A stretch of 64,000 bases of DNA from positions 111,848,001 through 111,912,000 of the forward strand of contig OZ336870.1 of assembly GCA_965287045.1 (NCBI GenBank), in the 5' to 3' direction. Below, in pieces: positions 12,561 to 24,720 of this stretch. The first letter of the stretch is position 1. Every line of letters begins with the position of its first letter. Position numbers and translations under genes: made by a program. The DNA comes from Carcharhinus amblyrhynchos. Its lineage: Eukaryota. The notes beneath the pieces are model-generated. The model made no database searches and was not told the origin of the DNA. It was given only the letters and a program-made list of their open reading frames with translations.

Positions 12561-13179
12561 TGAGCACATTGCAGGAATTAGCTTTGACATGCAGATGAGG
12601 GAAGTCCAGGCTTGTTTCTTAGAATGTGCTTCTGGATTTGCTAATCTCAGTTGCACCACAGTCCCAGTTGGATGGGGGTGGGGTTTCTACAAATGTTTTT
12701 GGTGCTACTTGGTTATAGGAGAGGATCTTAGTGGAGGACTGAGAGAATTGATGGAGAGGTAGAGTTGGATGTCAGCAAGAAATCTGCAATCATTGACCAT
12801 TACCAAGGAATAATGTTCTCACACAGATGAGGAAAAAGAGACCCAAATATTGATCCTTGAAGAAGATGTTTTGGCTTTGATGAGATAACAATGAATGAAA
12901 TCATGCAAGGGCAGCTCATTGAGCTGAGAATTGAAAAAGGCATCGGAGAAGAATGGTGTGGTTAGTTGTTTCAAAAGCTACATAAAGGTCAGCAAGAGAT
13001 ACCGCGCCAGAATCACGATGTCTCTATTTAGGGAAGAAATTCATTTGTGTATCAGACTGCGCCACTCTCCAGGGCAGGCAGCAATGCAGGCTGTTACCTG
13101 TATCTTGTCTGCCCCTGGGGAATTGATTCAAATCTGCTTGATGCCACTAGCACGATGCAAGCAAATTTCTTTCTCAATG

Positions 13180-14295
13180 ATTTGATTTTGATTTGATTTA
13201 TTATTGTCACATGTATTAACATAGAGTAAAAAGTATTGTTCCTTGCATGCTATGTGGACAAAATATACCGTTCATAGAGAAGGAAACAAGAGAGTGCAGA
13301 ATCTAGTGTTACAGTCATAGCTAGGGTGTAGAGAAAGGTCAACTTAATGCAAGGTAAGTCCACTCAAAATTCTGACAGCAGCAGGGAAGAAGCTGTTATT
13401 GAGTCGGTTGGTACGTGATCTCAGACTTTTGTATCATTTTCCCGAAGAAAGGAGGTGGAAAACAGAATGTCTGGGGCGCGTGGAGTCCTTAATTATGCTG
13501 GCTCCTTTGCTGAGGCAGCGGAAGTGTAGACAGAGTCAATGGATAGGAGGCTGGTTTGCGTGATGGATTGGGCTGCTTCATGACCTTTTGTAGTTCCTTG
13601 CAGTCTTGGGCAGAGCAGAAGCCATACCAAGTTGTGGTACAACCAGAAAGAATGCTTTCTATGGTGCATCTGTAAAAGTTGGTGAGAGTCATAGCTGACA
13701 TGCCAAATTTCCTTAGTCTTCTGAGAAAGTAGAGACAGTTGGTGGACTTTCTTAACTATAATGTCGGCATGGGGGGACTAAGACAGGTTGTTGGTGATCT
13801 GGACACCTAAAAACTTGAAGCCCTCGACCCTTTCTACTTCATCTGCATTGATGTAGTCAGTAGCATGTTCTCCTTTACGCTTTCTGAAGTCAATGACAAT
13901 CTCCTTTGTTTTGTTGACGTTGAGGGAGAGATTATTATTGCCGCACCAGTTCACCAGATTTTCTATCTCATTCCTGTACTCTGTCTCGTCATTGTTTGAG
14001 ATCCGACCCACTACAGTGGTGTCATCAGCAAACTTGACATCGAATTGGAGGGGAATTTGGCCACACAGTCATAAATGTATAAGGAGTATAGTAGGGGGCT
14101 GAGAACACAGCCTTGTGAAGCATCGGTGTGAGGGTGATCGTGGAGGAGGTGTTGTTGCCTATCCTTACTGGCTGTGCTCTGTGAGTTAGGAAGTTCAGCA
14201 TCCCATTGCAGAGGGAGGTGCTGAGGCCCAGGCCACGGAGTTTGGAGATGTGTTTTGTGGGAATAATAGTGTTGAAGGCTGAGCTGTAGTCAATA
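13180..14295 (-). mobile_element. Rex1/Babar LINE, 5'-truncated, RT pseudogene
   Basis: Minus frames: [13 protein letters not shown]..., [64 protein letters not shown]; (TCAAA)n tail seen as tttgattttgatttgattt at 13180. Confidence 0.9.
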
Positions 14296-15044
14296 AAATT
14301 CAAACAGGGAATTATGAAAAAGCTGGAAACAGATCTGGGAAACAACAACATTTTCAAGTGAATGTAAAGGACATTAGAGATGGAAAAGTAATTTTTAAGA
14401 CTACGGCAGTTAGCAGTGATTTTTAGGGTCCAACACAATTTTCTCACAAAGGGGAAAACAAAACGTGACATTTGTATGTGACAAACACATTTCAGCAGAC
14501 AAACTGAATTATAATTTCCTGAAATTTACGGGAGGTTAATCTCCCATATCCAGTTCATAAAGGCTATATGGAGGCTATTTTCTCCAATTTTCTTCAATTT
14601 CTCCTATTTTCTTCAATTCAAAGGGACAATTGTGCCCCATCCAATTCCTCACCCTCTTAAGGGTTTTTTCAATCCTTCCTGTTTATCTTACTGTGCTTTA
14701 AGTGTTTCTAGCTGCTGCTCATCATGGGTGCGATTTCTGGGTCTCACAAGAATTCCCATCTACAGCATACAGCAGTCAAGATAGCTTCCTTTAGTAAAAA
14801 GGACTCTGCCAGGAGTGATACTGCAGTGGGGAGTAGACTGACCGGGGGTAATATTTGTAATTAAAGCTGATATTGAGATGGAATCATCAGACCATCCAAT
14901 GTCAGTGTCAATGCTGATAGTTGATACATAAGGACAATAAACCAATGGTTGATTGTGAACATATATAGAATTTATTTGTAAATACATGGAGGAAAGTAGA
15001 GTTTCATTTTTGAAAAATATTCCCAATGGTCCATATTACAAAGA

Positions 15045-15520
15045 ACCAGAAGGTCATGGATTCAAACTCTGTCTCTGGATTTGAACATCTTATCCAGGCT
15101 GGCATTGCAGTCCTGAGGGAGTGCTGCGTTGTCAGGAATGCAATCTTTTTGATGAGATGTTAAACTGTGGTTCTGTTGATAGTTTTAGATGAATGCATCA
15201 AATTCAATCGCACTATGTAAAGAAGAATAGGTAGTTCTCCCAGTGCCCTGACCAGCATTCCTCCCTCAACCAATGCCACTAAAGATCAGGATGGGAACTT
15301 TCCAGCCATTCAGGCCTTGCTGCCAGTGAGAACAGAGGATTTGGTGTTCAAATCTCCATTCACTGCAGCAGGACCAGAGATTGCTGCTTGAGTGAATGGC
15401 TGGAAAATCCCACTCTAGATTTCTGTCCATTTATCTAATTTTGCTGATCGTGAGAACTTGCTTTGTGCAAATTATCTGTTGCAGTTATCTACAAAAGAAT
15501 AGTGACAACATTCAAAATAC
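15045..15520 (+). mobile_element. Deu-domain SINE (SacSINE1-like), interrupted by a MITE at about 15289-15413
   Basis: cagaaggt..ggattcaa head, ctgagggagtgctgc..gtc core, cttgctttgtgcaaatt tail; the insert has TIRs gggaactttccagccattca / tgaatggctggaaaatccc. Confidence 0.7.
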
Positions 15521-17769
15521 AATGTTGCCCATTTAATTTGTTCTAGCTCGTTTAGTTGGGAGGTTCTCCTCTGCAGCCGATTTTTAATAAGAATTCCGTA
15601 AGTCTTCTGCCCAAGTTACAGACGACGAGTGGGAAAACTCTTCAGAATCTCAATCCCTGTACATTTACTGTTCATGCTTAATTTCGAACACAAGTCTATT
15701 TTGGAACTCCATAAAAGTAATGGAAGAGATTAGTGAAATCTGGAGTTAAGTGGCATCTGATTTCCCTTCTAAACTTTCAAATCTCTTTGAATGTTTTGCC
15801 TTTGGACTTTTATGGAGGCCTCAAATTACCTTGCAAAGCTTATACTGATGTACTAAAATGTTGGTGTAAATCAGTTATGAATTGACTCCTTCTGAAGTGC
15901 TAGGCATTAAACCCATGCTTGAGAAGGTCAGTGAGGCACAAGGTCAACCTTTAACTTCTACACCTGAAACATGAGGAAGAATTTCTCTCACGCACTACTC
16001 TGGACTTCACTATGGCTGTAGGGATGGGGAAGTATTGGGTAATGTGATTCATGAAGTTGAAACACTGAAACAGAAGGGAAGCTTAAAGTAATATCTCTAT
16101 CTTTCTGCAATCATAACTTTTCTTGAAGCTAGGCTAGATCAAGTGCTCAGTAATCTGATATCAGGATTCCCAGGGTATTATATTGAGGTACCATGTTGTC
16201 TGAAAGCCTCTATAGTCAGGATTTGTTTAATGCTACATTTTGAATGAAATGTCCAATGACACATTTGAAAGACTTTTGCAAGGCATTCCCTACTTTAAGA
16301 TCTTTTCAGATATTTAATAGACAACTGTTATTATTAACCTAAAGGAAAATGTGGAACGTACACTGAGCAAAAGATCCCCCACTTAAACTTTCCTTCACCC
16401 CAGCTTTTTTAAAAACTCTTCTACTTTTTATCTACTCATTCCATCAAAATGCCATCCCCCACCTGCCAGGTTAATAATGATCAGCTGGTCCCTTATGTCT
16501 CAAACAGAGAGCTACAGGAATGGCCCAAAATCCGATGCAGTTGCTTTGTGAAAGAACAGTGCTTTAAAATACCATATTTGCATATCTTTTGTTACAACCA
16601 TGCTGAAACCCTGAGATCTCAGCTGTTTATTTGAAAGGGAAATTTTTAATGGCCTGAAATAGTTTTGAGCATTGTTACAAACAATAATATAATTTCTGGA
16701 GACTTCAGAAACTGCATGCATTAGGGGTAGAAAACAAAATGATGTGCTGGGTGCTGAGGCTAGTAAAGCATGGTTTATGGATTGAACTTAGACGATTTGT
16801 CAAAAAAAGTCAGCGCCTAACTTTAAAGTGAGCATGTGTATGTGGGCTTAATGTCGTAATGCTTATTCAAGTGTTGAAGAGAACTGGCAGATGTCAGAGT
16901 AAATGGGGTCTGTCAATAGCTAAATTACTGCCTTTCACAGGGTGATTTTCATGGTCTGTCAGGTGGGATTTGTACGCATGTCACGCAGATTGCCTAACAA
17001 AAAGGGGGAAACAGCAAACCCAGCACAAAAACTTTGTAGTCACAGATGTTATTGCTTTGATTGCAGTTTGCTTAGTTTTTTTGAAAAAGTACTGTTGTAG
17101 CTTTATTTCAGATTTATGTCGGCAGATTGGCTAAGCATTATTCACGAGGAATAGCACTGCTATAATGCGGACATCAGTAGAAGTAATGCAAGTGCTGGAA
17201 GGGAAGAAACAGTGCAGATCTCCTCTGAACTCACACTCATCAAGTCTTTTTGTCTTTGCACTTCCAAAACTATTCAATTTCAGCTCTGTAATGTTCTTGT
17301 TTTTGGAACGTCAGTCTCTGTGAGGCTGTGGTACTCGGCTTTGATACTCATGGGTGTACACTAGCATCGATTCTTCGTACGTGCACTTCTTTACATTGGG
17401 AGCTCATGGAGGGTGTCCTGTACGTCAACAGTTGCATGCCTATGATGTGAAGTCACTTATAGACATTACTCATTGTAATTTATAATTTCAATGTGTAATG
17501 CCTATGAGTTGTATTAAATCTAGTAATTAATCATTACAATGTGCAATGTCCATAAGTTACATTGCATATGCAATCAGTATTACTCTGCTGGCCTGAAATA
17601 AACCAATTACACAAATTTTTCCCTTCATAAAAGTTAGGCCTGATTCTTCTTGTTGACATCCATCCTCCTGCTAGAAACTGCATTTTCCCAACATTCAGCT
17701 CCCTTAATACTGTCCTGTCCCACAAATTACCTCTTTGCTCACTGAGATACATTGACCCTTAACCCCAAA

Positions 17770-18015
17770 TGCATTTGAAAATTTTTAACTTAACTTCAAA
17801 GCCATCCATCCAGCTATCCATACCATTTTGCCTCTCCAGCCTTTGACCATGTGACTTTTGTATAACCCTCTCACTTCAGCTCATTATCGGTGGCAAAGTC
17901 TTTGACCGCCTCAGCTTTAGTCCCTAGAACTCTGTTCCTAAACCCCTCTACTGCCACATTTCTCTCTCTACCTTCAAAAATCCGGTAAAATCTTATGCTT
18001 GATCAAGTCTTCAGG
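17770..18015 (+). mobile_element. L2 LINE 3' end remnant
   Basis: attatcggtggcaaagtcttt...ctagaactct.ttcctaaacccctc...ccttcaaaaa...tgatcaagtctt, homologous to the L2 3' end at about 50390-50520. Confidence 0.5.
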
Positions 18016-18059
18016 CTTCCAGAAGTTCGAAACAATCACATCATTTTACACATATTCGA

Positions 18060-20150
18060 AAACTGACAAATGTATTGTCTGTGTCTATGGGATGATACAT
18101 TGTTATTTTGGTACATTGACTACAGTGCTGTACTGATGTGGCACCATTCATTCAGTGGCTCGTAGATGCCTATCCAATATACAGCTGATGTGGCTCTGAG
18201 CTTACATTTCTCCATGCCCATGCCATCTTCACGTATTTTCAGGAGAGATTCTTTCTGCATTGTTTTGAATATGATTATTCTGGATCTGGCTCACAGAATC
18301 CCATCTTCTAGTGAGGTGTCGAGTAGGATTTTCTCGCCGTGTTCACCCCGAAACTGGAAAATGCCGTCTGAGGTCAACGAATCTTTCCATGGTAACCCCT
18401 TTCCTGCTACAGTTCCCATGGTGGATGGAACAGGAAAACTCCCCCCGTCATCTCTGATGGACTAGTCCGGCAGTATTGTTAGCTGTGTTTGCTGCATTTT
18501 ATCAGACCATCCTGGAATCACTTGCTGAGAGAGCATCTATAACTTCATCTTTTTTGCTGTCATCCCTAATTTGACTCAGTTTCAGTGGCTATTCACTAAG
18601 TGCTGGATCTTTATACCTAGATCTTTTATTTCATGTTTTTCCTGTGTCGACAACTGAAATGGCACATCTGCCAGCACCTTCTTTCCCTGGCTTGTATTTC
18701 AGAGATTAAATCGTATCTCTGAAATCTTGAGAGTTATCTCTGCAGCCTAGCACAGAGTAATCTGTGGCTCACACAGAATTTTCTTGTAGATCTGCTGCAG
18801 GGGACAATGATCACTTTGCATTATGAACTTTCTCCCATAGAGAGAGACATGGAATTTCTCACATCCAGACACGACTGCCAGAAGCTCTCTTTCTATGGTA
18901 TTTCCTGGTCTCAGATGAATTTTGGAGGCAAATGCTATTGGTTTTCCCTCTTGTGACAGGTCTTTTTGTAGAAGCATCTAGTTGCAGAATGACAGGATTC
19001 TCTCTCTCATAATATGAAATACTTGTCTCCTTGCTTACTACTTCCTTGAGTTTGTTAAAACTCCCCTCTTGTGACTCTGACAACTGACACTCAACATCTT
19101 AATTAATCAATTCTCATAAATGCTGTGTTCTGATATGTGCAGTATGAAATAATTCATGTACCAGATTACACAAAGGAAACTTCTCAACTCTTTGTTGAAT
19201 CTTTGAACTTCTATCTCAGAGAAAGCTGGGACTTTTACAGGACTTAGCTTGACTCCATCATAAAGAATTGGCATTCTGACACCTTCACTTAGCATGACAT
19301 GGTGAAAAGGAATATACTGAAAAGAAACTATCTTCTGTACAGTTAGAAGAGGCATCCAAGAGGGAGGATCAGAATCTCAGATCAAAACTTTAATAGCACC
19401 TGCTTCAAATAGAAGAGCCTGAAAAAGGAAAAGATGATAATGCTGATTTCAGACAGCAAATTGATGACCTGGATGCAGCCTAACACTATATCAGTCAGAG
19501 ACTGATTTATTGGAGATAAGAGAAAACTGTGCAGAATGCTGGAGTGGTAATAGAGGAAATCTGAAAAGCAGGAAGCTGAAAAACTGATGGAAGACAGGCA
19601 CATAGCATGGTTGGAAGAGAAACAAAGTCATGGTATGGAGCCTGGGAAGAAATTCTACCACACTGGGGACCACCTGCAGCATGCTGCACTTGCTCAAAGG
19701 GGAAGTCTTGGCATATTGCTACCTTCACAATGCACTTGTCTGCATTTGGCTCTGAACTCATGGGTCTTGCACATTATTCTCTCTGTCTGGTGTGCATTTT
19801 TTTTTGTTGCTTCACTGTATCAATCCAGCTGTCTTTCTCTTGACTTAACTAAGACTAACTATTTGGGCAGTCAATGTCTTTATCTGTCTACTTGTGACTT
19901 TATGTGCTCTAATCTGTAATACAGTGATCATATATTCTTGTACTTTAGAGTGTGTAGAGTCCTAGATGAAATCACCTTCTATCCATTTCTTTGAATTTAC
20001 GTTTTCTGGCTACATTCCTTAATCGTGTTAAGAAATTGTCAACAGGCTCACTTGGCTCCTCGCTAGGCTCTGAAATTCATGCTGATTGATCCGATGGATT
20101 GACTTTGGCCAGAGATGAGTGTGAACTTCTCAAAAATTTTGCCTGGGTTT
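18060..20150 (-). mobile_element. Ty3/Gypsy LTR retrotransposon internal remnant (pol RT/RNase H/integrase zinc finger; gag-like part upstream)
   Basis: Minus frames: SFNKLKEVVSKETSISYYERENPVILQLDAS; QEGKPIAFASK; IERELLAVVSGCEKFHVSLYGRKFIMQSDHCPL; GMEKCKLRATSAVYWIG. Frameshifted, with a MITE inserted at about 18325-18445. Confidence 0.85.
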
Positions 20151-20504
20151 TTACTGCCATCTTCACTCATTTGCCAGCTTTGAATATATCAAAACCTTTC
20201 TCTTACTCACAAAAAGATAACGTTGAACTTTTGTTTTCATTTGCACCTTTTAGAAAACTATTGTATATTAATCTGCACTTTTTTAAAAAAATCTTTTCAA
20301 ATGTGGATGTGACACCAGCCTCTCAAATCATCCTGAGTTTAAAAAAATGTTTTCACAGTTAATGAATGCAAGTTTTAAAAGAAATTTGGTGCTTAAAAAT
20401 GTTGCTCAGTTGCGTGTTTATTGCTGTGGCAGTGACCATTTTATTTTTGCATAATTCACTCAGTTTTTTTCTCTCATTATTTCAACTCATTTTTTTCTCA
20501 GTCT

Positions 20505-20790
20505 AATTCAGCATTAAAAATATCTGGCATTAAGAATCTACTGATGACCGTGAAACCATTGTCAATTGTCAGAAAAACCCATCTGATTCACTAATGTCCT
20601 TTAGGAAGGCAAATCTATCATTCTTACCGGGCTTGGTCTACATGTGACTCCAGAGTCACTGCTGTGTGGTTGACTCTCAACTGCCCTCTGAAATGGCCTA
20701 ACAAACCAGTCAGTTCAAAGGCAACTAAGGATGGGCAATAAATGCTAGCCAGCCAGGAAAGCCCATGTCCTACGAATGAATAAAGAATTT
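20505..20790 (+). mobile_element. tRNA-derived SINE, third family (not confidently named), 3' part
   Basis: gaaaccattgtcaattgtc...cactaatgtcctttagg...catgtgactccag...gatgggcaataaatgct; same family at 28655, 33075 and 50585. Confidence 0.75.
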
Positions 20791-21719
20791 AACTTGTTTA
20801 TAATGTGTTGCTTTAACCCACAGACACTGCTGCCACCATGTTATGTCTAATGTTTTCCAGAGTTCAAAATTATATTATTTTACACAGAAATAGGTGCTCA
20901 CATTGAGAGCATTTCTCAGATCTCATTATGTGCTGTGGAATGATATTTTGTTGCTCTGGTACATTGAATGTGGTGCAGCAGTGAATGATGTGGCATTCTG
21001 GACATACATGTACGCATCCTCAGAACAATGTAGGTCCACCATGTAGTTCCATTACCATGCCCAGCGAAATCGAAGCATCTCAAAGGTTTGACCAAATTCA
21101 ACTTTGTAAAATGGAAGGTGGAAATATTCCAATGAAGCCCTCGTCCTTACATGGTTCAGGTTCTCAATGTAGGACTTAAATGATGAAATCTGTATGTCCT
21201 CCAGCATTTGTAGTATAGGAATGATGTATAAGTTTGCAGATTTAGTATAATTTTAATTCACTATTCCTTCCTTTCATATCCCACCCGCCACTTCATGTTT
21301 GTCACATGATTCCATGTTTTTAACTTAATTGCTTAGTCCATGTATATGTTTTCAGTGTATGTTATTACTCTGCAGTTCAGCCTTTAGGCTGTAAACATGT
21401 TTCTTGAACAAGATAACCATTATTAAATGCACCATCTTCTATCTTCCCTTGTACTGGGTGTCCTCTTTATTTTATAGATCTTTGTCCTGCCTGTGTGAAC
21501 TAACCCCGGTGTTTTCTACATTAAAGTTGCTATATTTGTGAAAATGTATTCCTGCTGATATGCGCAAAAGAATGTTTCAGATTTACATGCAAATATAAAA
21601 CTCACTGTGCGACATACTGATATGAAGTCACTGAACAGTACATAATTCTCAATATTCCTTGGGCTTTTTTTTAAGTGTTTAATATTAGTATAGACAAGCT
21701 GCAGCAACCCTCAGAATAA

Positions 21720-22142
21720 TGACCCCCCGGGGGGCGGCGGGAGAGGGGGGATATTGAATGCAAGAGCTGCTCTGTTCCTCATAAACATAAATGCTGACAT
21801 CCTTCAGAAGGCTTGGCTTCTGCTTAGCCCAGCGCCACTCGCTTCATTTGAACGCTTGTGTGTCATTCAAGTGGGTGGAAGCCGGGAGCAGGCACATGTG
21901 CATTGAACAAAAACAACAGCAGTCGCAGTGGGCTGAGCTCAGTAGAAGACTGACTGTGGGCGAAGCTGAAAGTAAAAGCTCGACTGTAAACTGGTGCTCC
22001 GAATTACGAGAAGTCAGGAGGAAATCAGCCGTGGAACTGGAGCTTGTGTCTGCATGAAATGAAACATTGGTCCCCCTGACCCCTTGGAGATTTGAAATTC
22101 TGTGACAATTCTTCGCTGCTTATTGCTGCACGTTTCCTGAAG
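21720..22142 (+). promoter_or_regulatory. Putative promoter and non-coding first exon of the RasGEF1 gene
   Basis: Repeat-free, relatively CpG-retaining segment with a GC box (ggggcgg) overlapping a C6G6 palindrome at 21723-21734 and an ataaacataaat forkhead/TATA-like motif at 21781. It ends in a good donor AAG|gtatgt at 22142/22143. The first coding exon begins with an acceptor, so an upstream non-coding exon must exist. Confidence 0.5.
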
Positions 22143-22766
22143 GTATGTTGCCCTTGTTGTTAAGGACTGAATGAAATAGGACAAGTGGGCTTTCTTTCTT
22201 TATTTTTTATATATCTGCATTCGATCTGAAGGGTGAATTTGGTCAATAACTAAAATGTTCATATTGCTGTGTGCAGTGTGGGTGTATGGAAAGGAAAGCC
22301 GAGCAACACAAAGCAGGATGCACATTTCAGGCTTATCCAGAGCTTCTTGTCTGATGCTTGTGTTGTGGTGGGTCAGGCATGAGAGGACATTCTCCCGACA
22401 GTCTGGTCAGCAACAGTTGTATTTTCTAATGCGCACATCAGGAAAAAAGTCAACGTGTGCCCCCTCCCCCCAACCATCTATAATATTGGCATTTGTTTTG
22501 GAGTGACAGAATTAGGATTTTTAAATTTCCTTGTGTTTGTTTGCAGCAACATAATGAATTCAGAACAAGTTGTGGGAAAATAGTAAACGGCGTGTGCTTA
22601 AAATAAATAGCCCAATAACAAAATAATTAAAATCGATTCCAAAAGCACAACCAATGCCAAGTCTGTGTTCATTTTGGATTGTAGACGCCAGAACGAAACA
22701 CAAGCGTGGTTTCTGATATTCTGCATAATATTTATTGCACTGTTATTTTGCATCGTCTCTGTTGAT

Positions 22767-23190
22767 TTGGTAGCACTTTTTGCCTTTAACTCACAAGGCT
22801 GGGGGTTCAAACCAGGATCCAGGCTCGCTCTCCATTGCAGTGTTTAAGGGAGGGTTACGTTGTCGGTGGTAGTATGCTTTGAATGACACTGATACCATGC
22901 CAGTTAGGTGAACTGTACAAGATCTATCGCACTGTTTTTGAATAAGAGCAAGAGGTTATCCTGGTTGACTGGCCAACATTTCTCACTTAACCATAACCCA
23001 CAAACAGATTAACTGCTTATTCATCTCATTGTATTTCTCAGTAAGCTGGTGTGTAAAATAGTTGCCAGATTAGGCTGCGTAACAGCAGCAACTGCAGTTC
23101 CGAAATAATTCATTGTATGGAAAGCATTTTGGAATACGTCCGAGATATGTGATGAGATGCTGAATAAAATGCAAACATTTCTTTCTCTTG
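22767..23190 (+). mobile_element. Deu-domain SINE (SacSINE1-like)
   Basis: ggtagcactttttgcc...gggttcaa head, agggagggttacgttgtcggtggt core, aaagcattttgg...aaatgcaa..tttctttc tail. Confidence 0.7.
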
Positions 23191-24109
23191 TTGAATGAAC
23201 CAAATATAACACACGGTTGAGGGCAGTAATTTAAGAGTTAATAAACATTCTGAGTATTGAATACGATGTTAGAAAGAACTGTGGCAACAATTTCCCGCCA
23301 CTTTATATAGCCACCCTCTAATCATTACCAGCGTGTGCAGCAAATCTCAGGAGATACAGTAAACTACGCATAGCGGAACAACAATATTTTTTATTAGTAA
23401 TAACAACTTAATTTAAACTATAAACTTGAATACCTGACGTTCTATATGAAAGCCTGTGTATTTTGAAGACTAATTAAGCGAGATTGGAAGCATGCCATGG
23501 ATGACAACATATTCCAGAGGTTCTATTAATTGCATGGGTTTGTATCTGTAGTTTATTATACACCTTATTATGCATCTTTTTTTCCTTATTACCAATATTC
23601 TTGAGTTCAGTTATACTTAAATAACTTGTAATGATCATATGGAAAAGTAGAATACAATAACATAATTTGGATATATGTTATACTGTTAGAAATGCTTAAC
23701 CCTCTGTATCTTTCCATATGTAAACTCCCATTTATATATTTTAAATCAATATGAATATCATTTATGTTTGTGTTGGTCTAAGCATCCCTGTGATTTATTA
23801 GTGAAGTGCCCTGGGATCTTTTCTACGCTAAAGGCAATATTCAAACACAAGCTATGTTTGTTGCTCATATTCTCCAAGACTAATTCAAATCATCTTTGAT
23901 GTGTATGTTATAGTAAGTACATCAGTGAATGCATGTTGAGGTGGATTTTTAAAAAATGCTGATAGCAGATCTCAAAGCAAGTAGAAGACTCCAGTTTTCA
24001 GATCCACCCTGTATACAGGTTTCTGGCAACTGAGCGCAGGGTAAATTGGAAAGGACTGGGTTTAATCTCAAGAAAAAGTAATCTGTCACATAACGAGGTA
24101 AAACAAATT

Positions 24110-24720
24110 GAGCTCAGAGGCAAGTATTACATTGGAAAACACTCTGCAGCCCAACTGGTTGGACTGAAAAATACTTAAAGCATTTATCTAATCCTTCCTT
24201 TAATGATTCCATGTCAGTGGTTTTTACTGTCTCCCTGAGCAGTCCATGTTCATCATTTTTTGTGAGATGGTTAGATCTGAATTGTGCTTCCTTCCTCTGT
24301 TAAGTTTGAGCCTATGAGCCTGATTCTAGAGTTTGTGGCATTCCTGAATTTATAATCAGAATTCCATTGATCTAATCTATTAGTATCTCACCTGAGTTTT
24401 CCTTTCCCCATGGTACATAATCTCAGACTCCTTAGCCTTTCCTTAGCTCATATGCTTTAGGCTGATTATCAGTGAGGTTTACCATTGTGTTGCCTCCAAT
24501 GTTTGAATATCCATGCTGTAATACAATGATTGGAGTTGCACACAGTATTCCAGCTGTGACCTGCCAATGCTTGGTACATGCACAAATTTCACCTCTGGAA
24601 TTGTCAATATATCTTTTTGGCCACACGTAATGGATACAGTTAGCTTTCTTACTAACACTGTATACAGCACTATCAATATCAATTAATTACATTTATAGGA
24701 CTCCCCAGCACTTAATTCCT
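24110..24720 (-). mobile_element. Old CR1 LINE 3' remnant
   Basis: Minus-strand GRSQLEYCVQLQS (compare VRPHLEYCVQFWS) and CR1-like 3' UTR. Confidence 0.6.
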
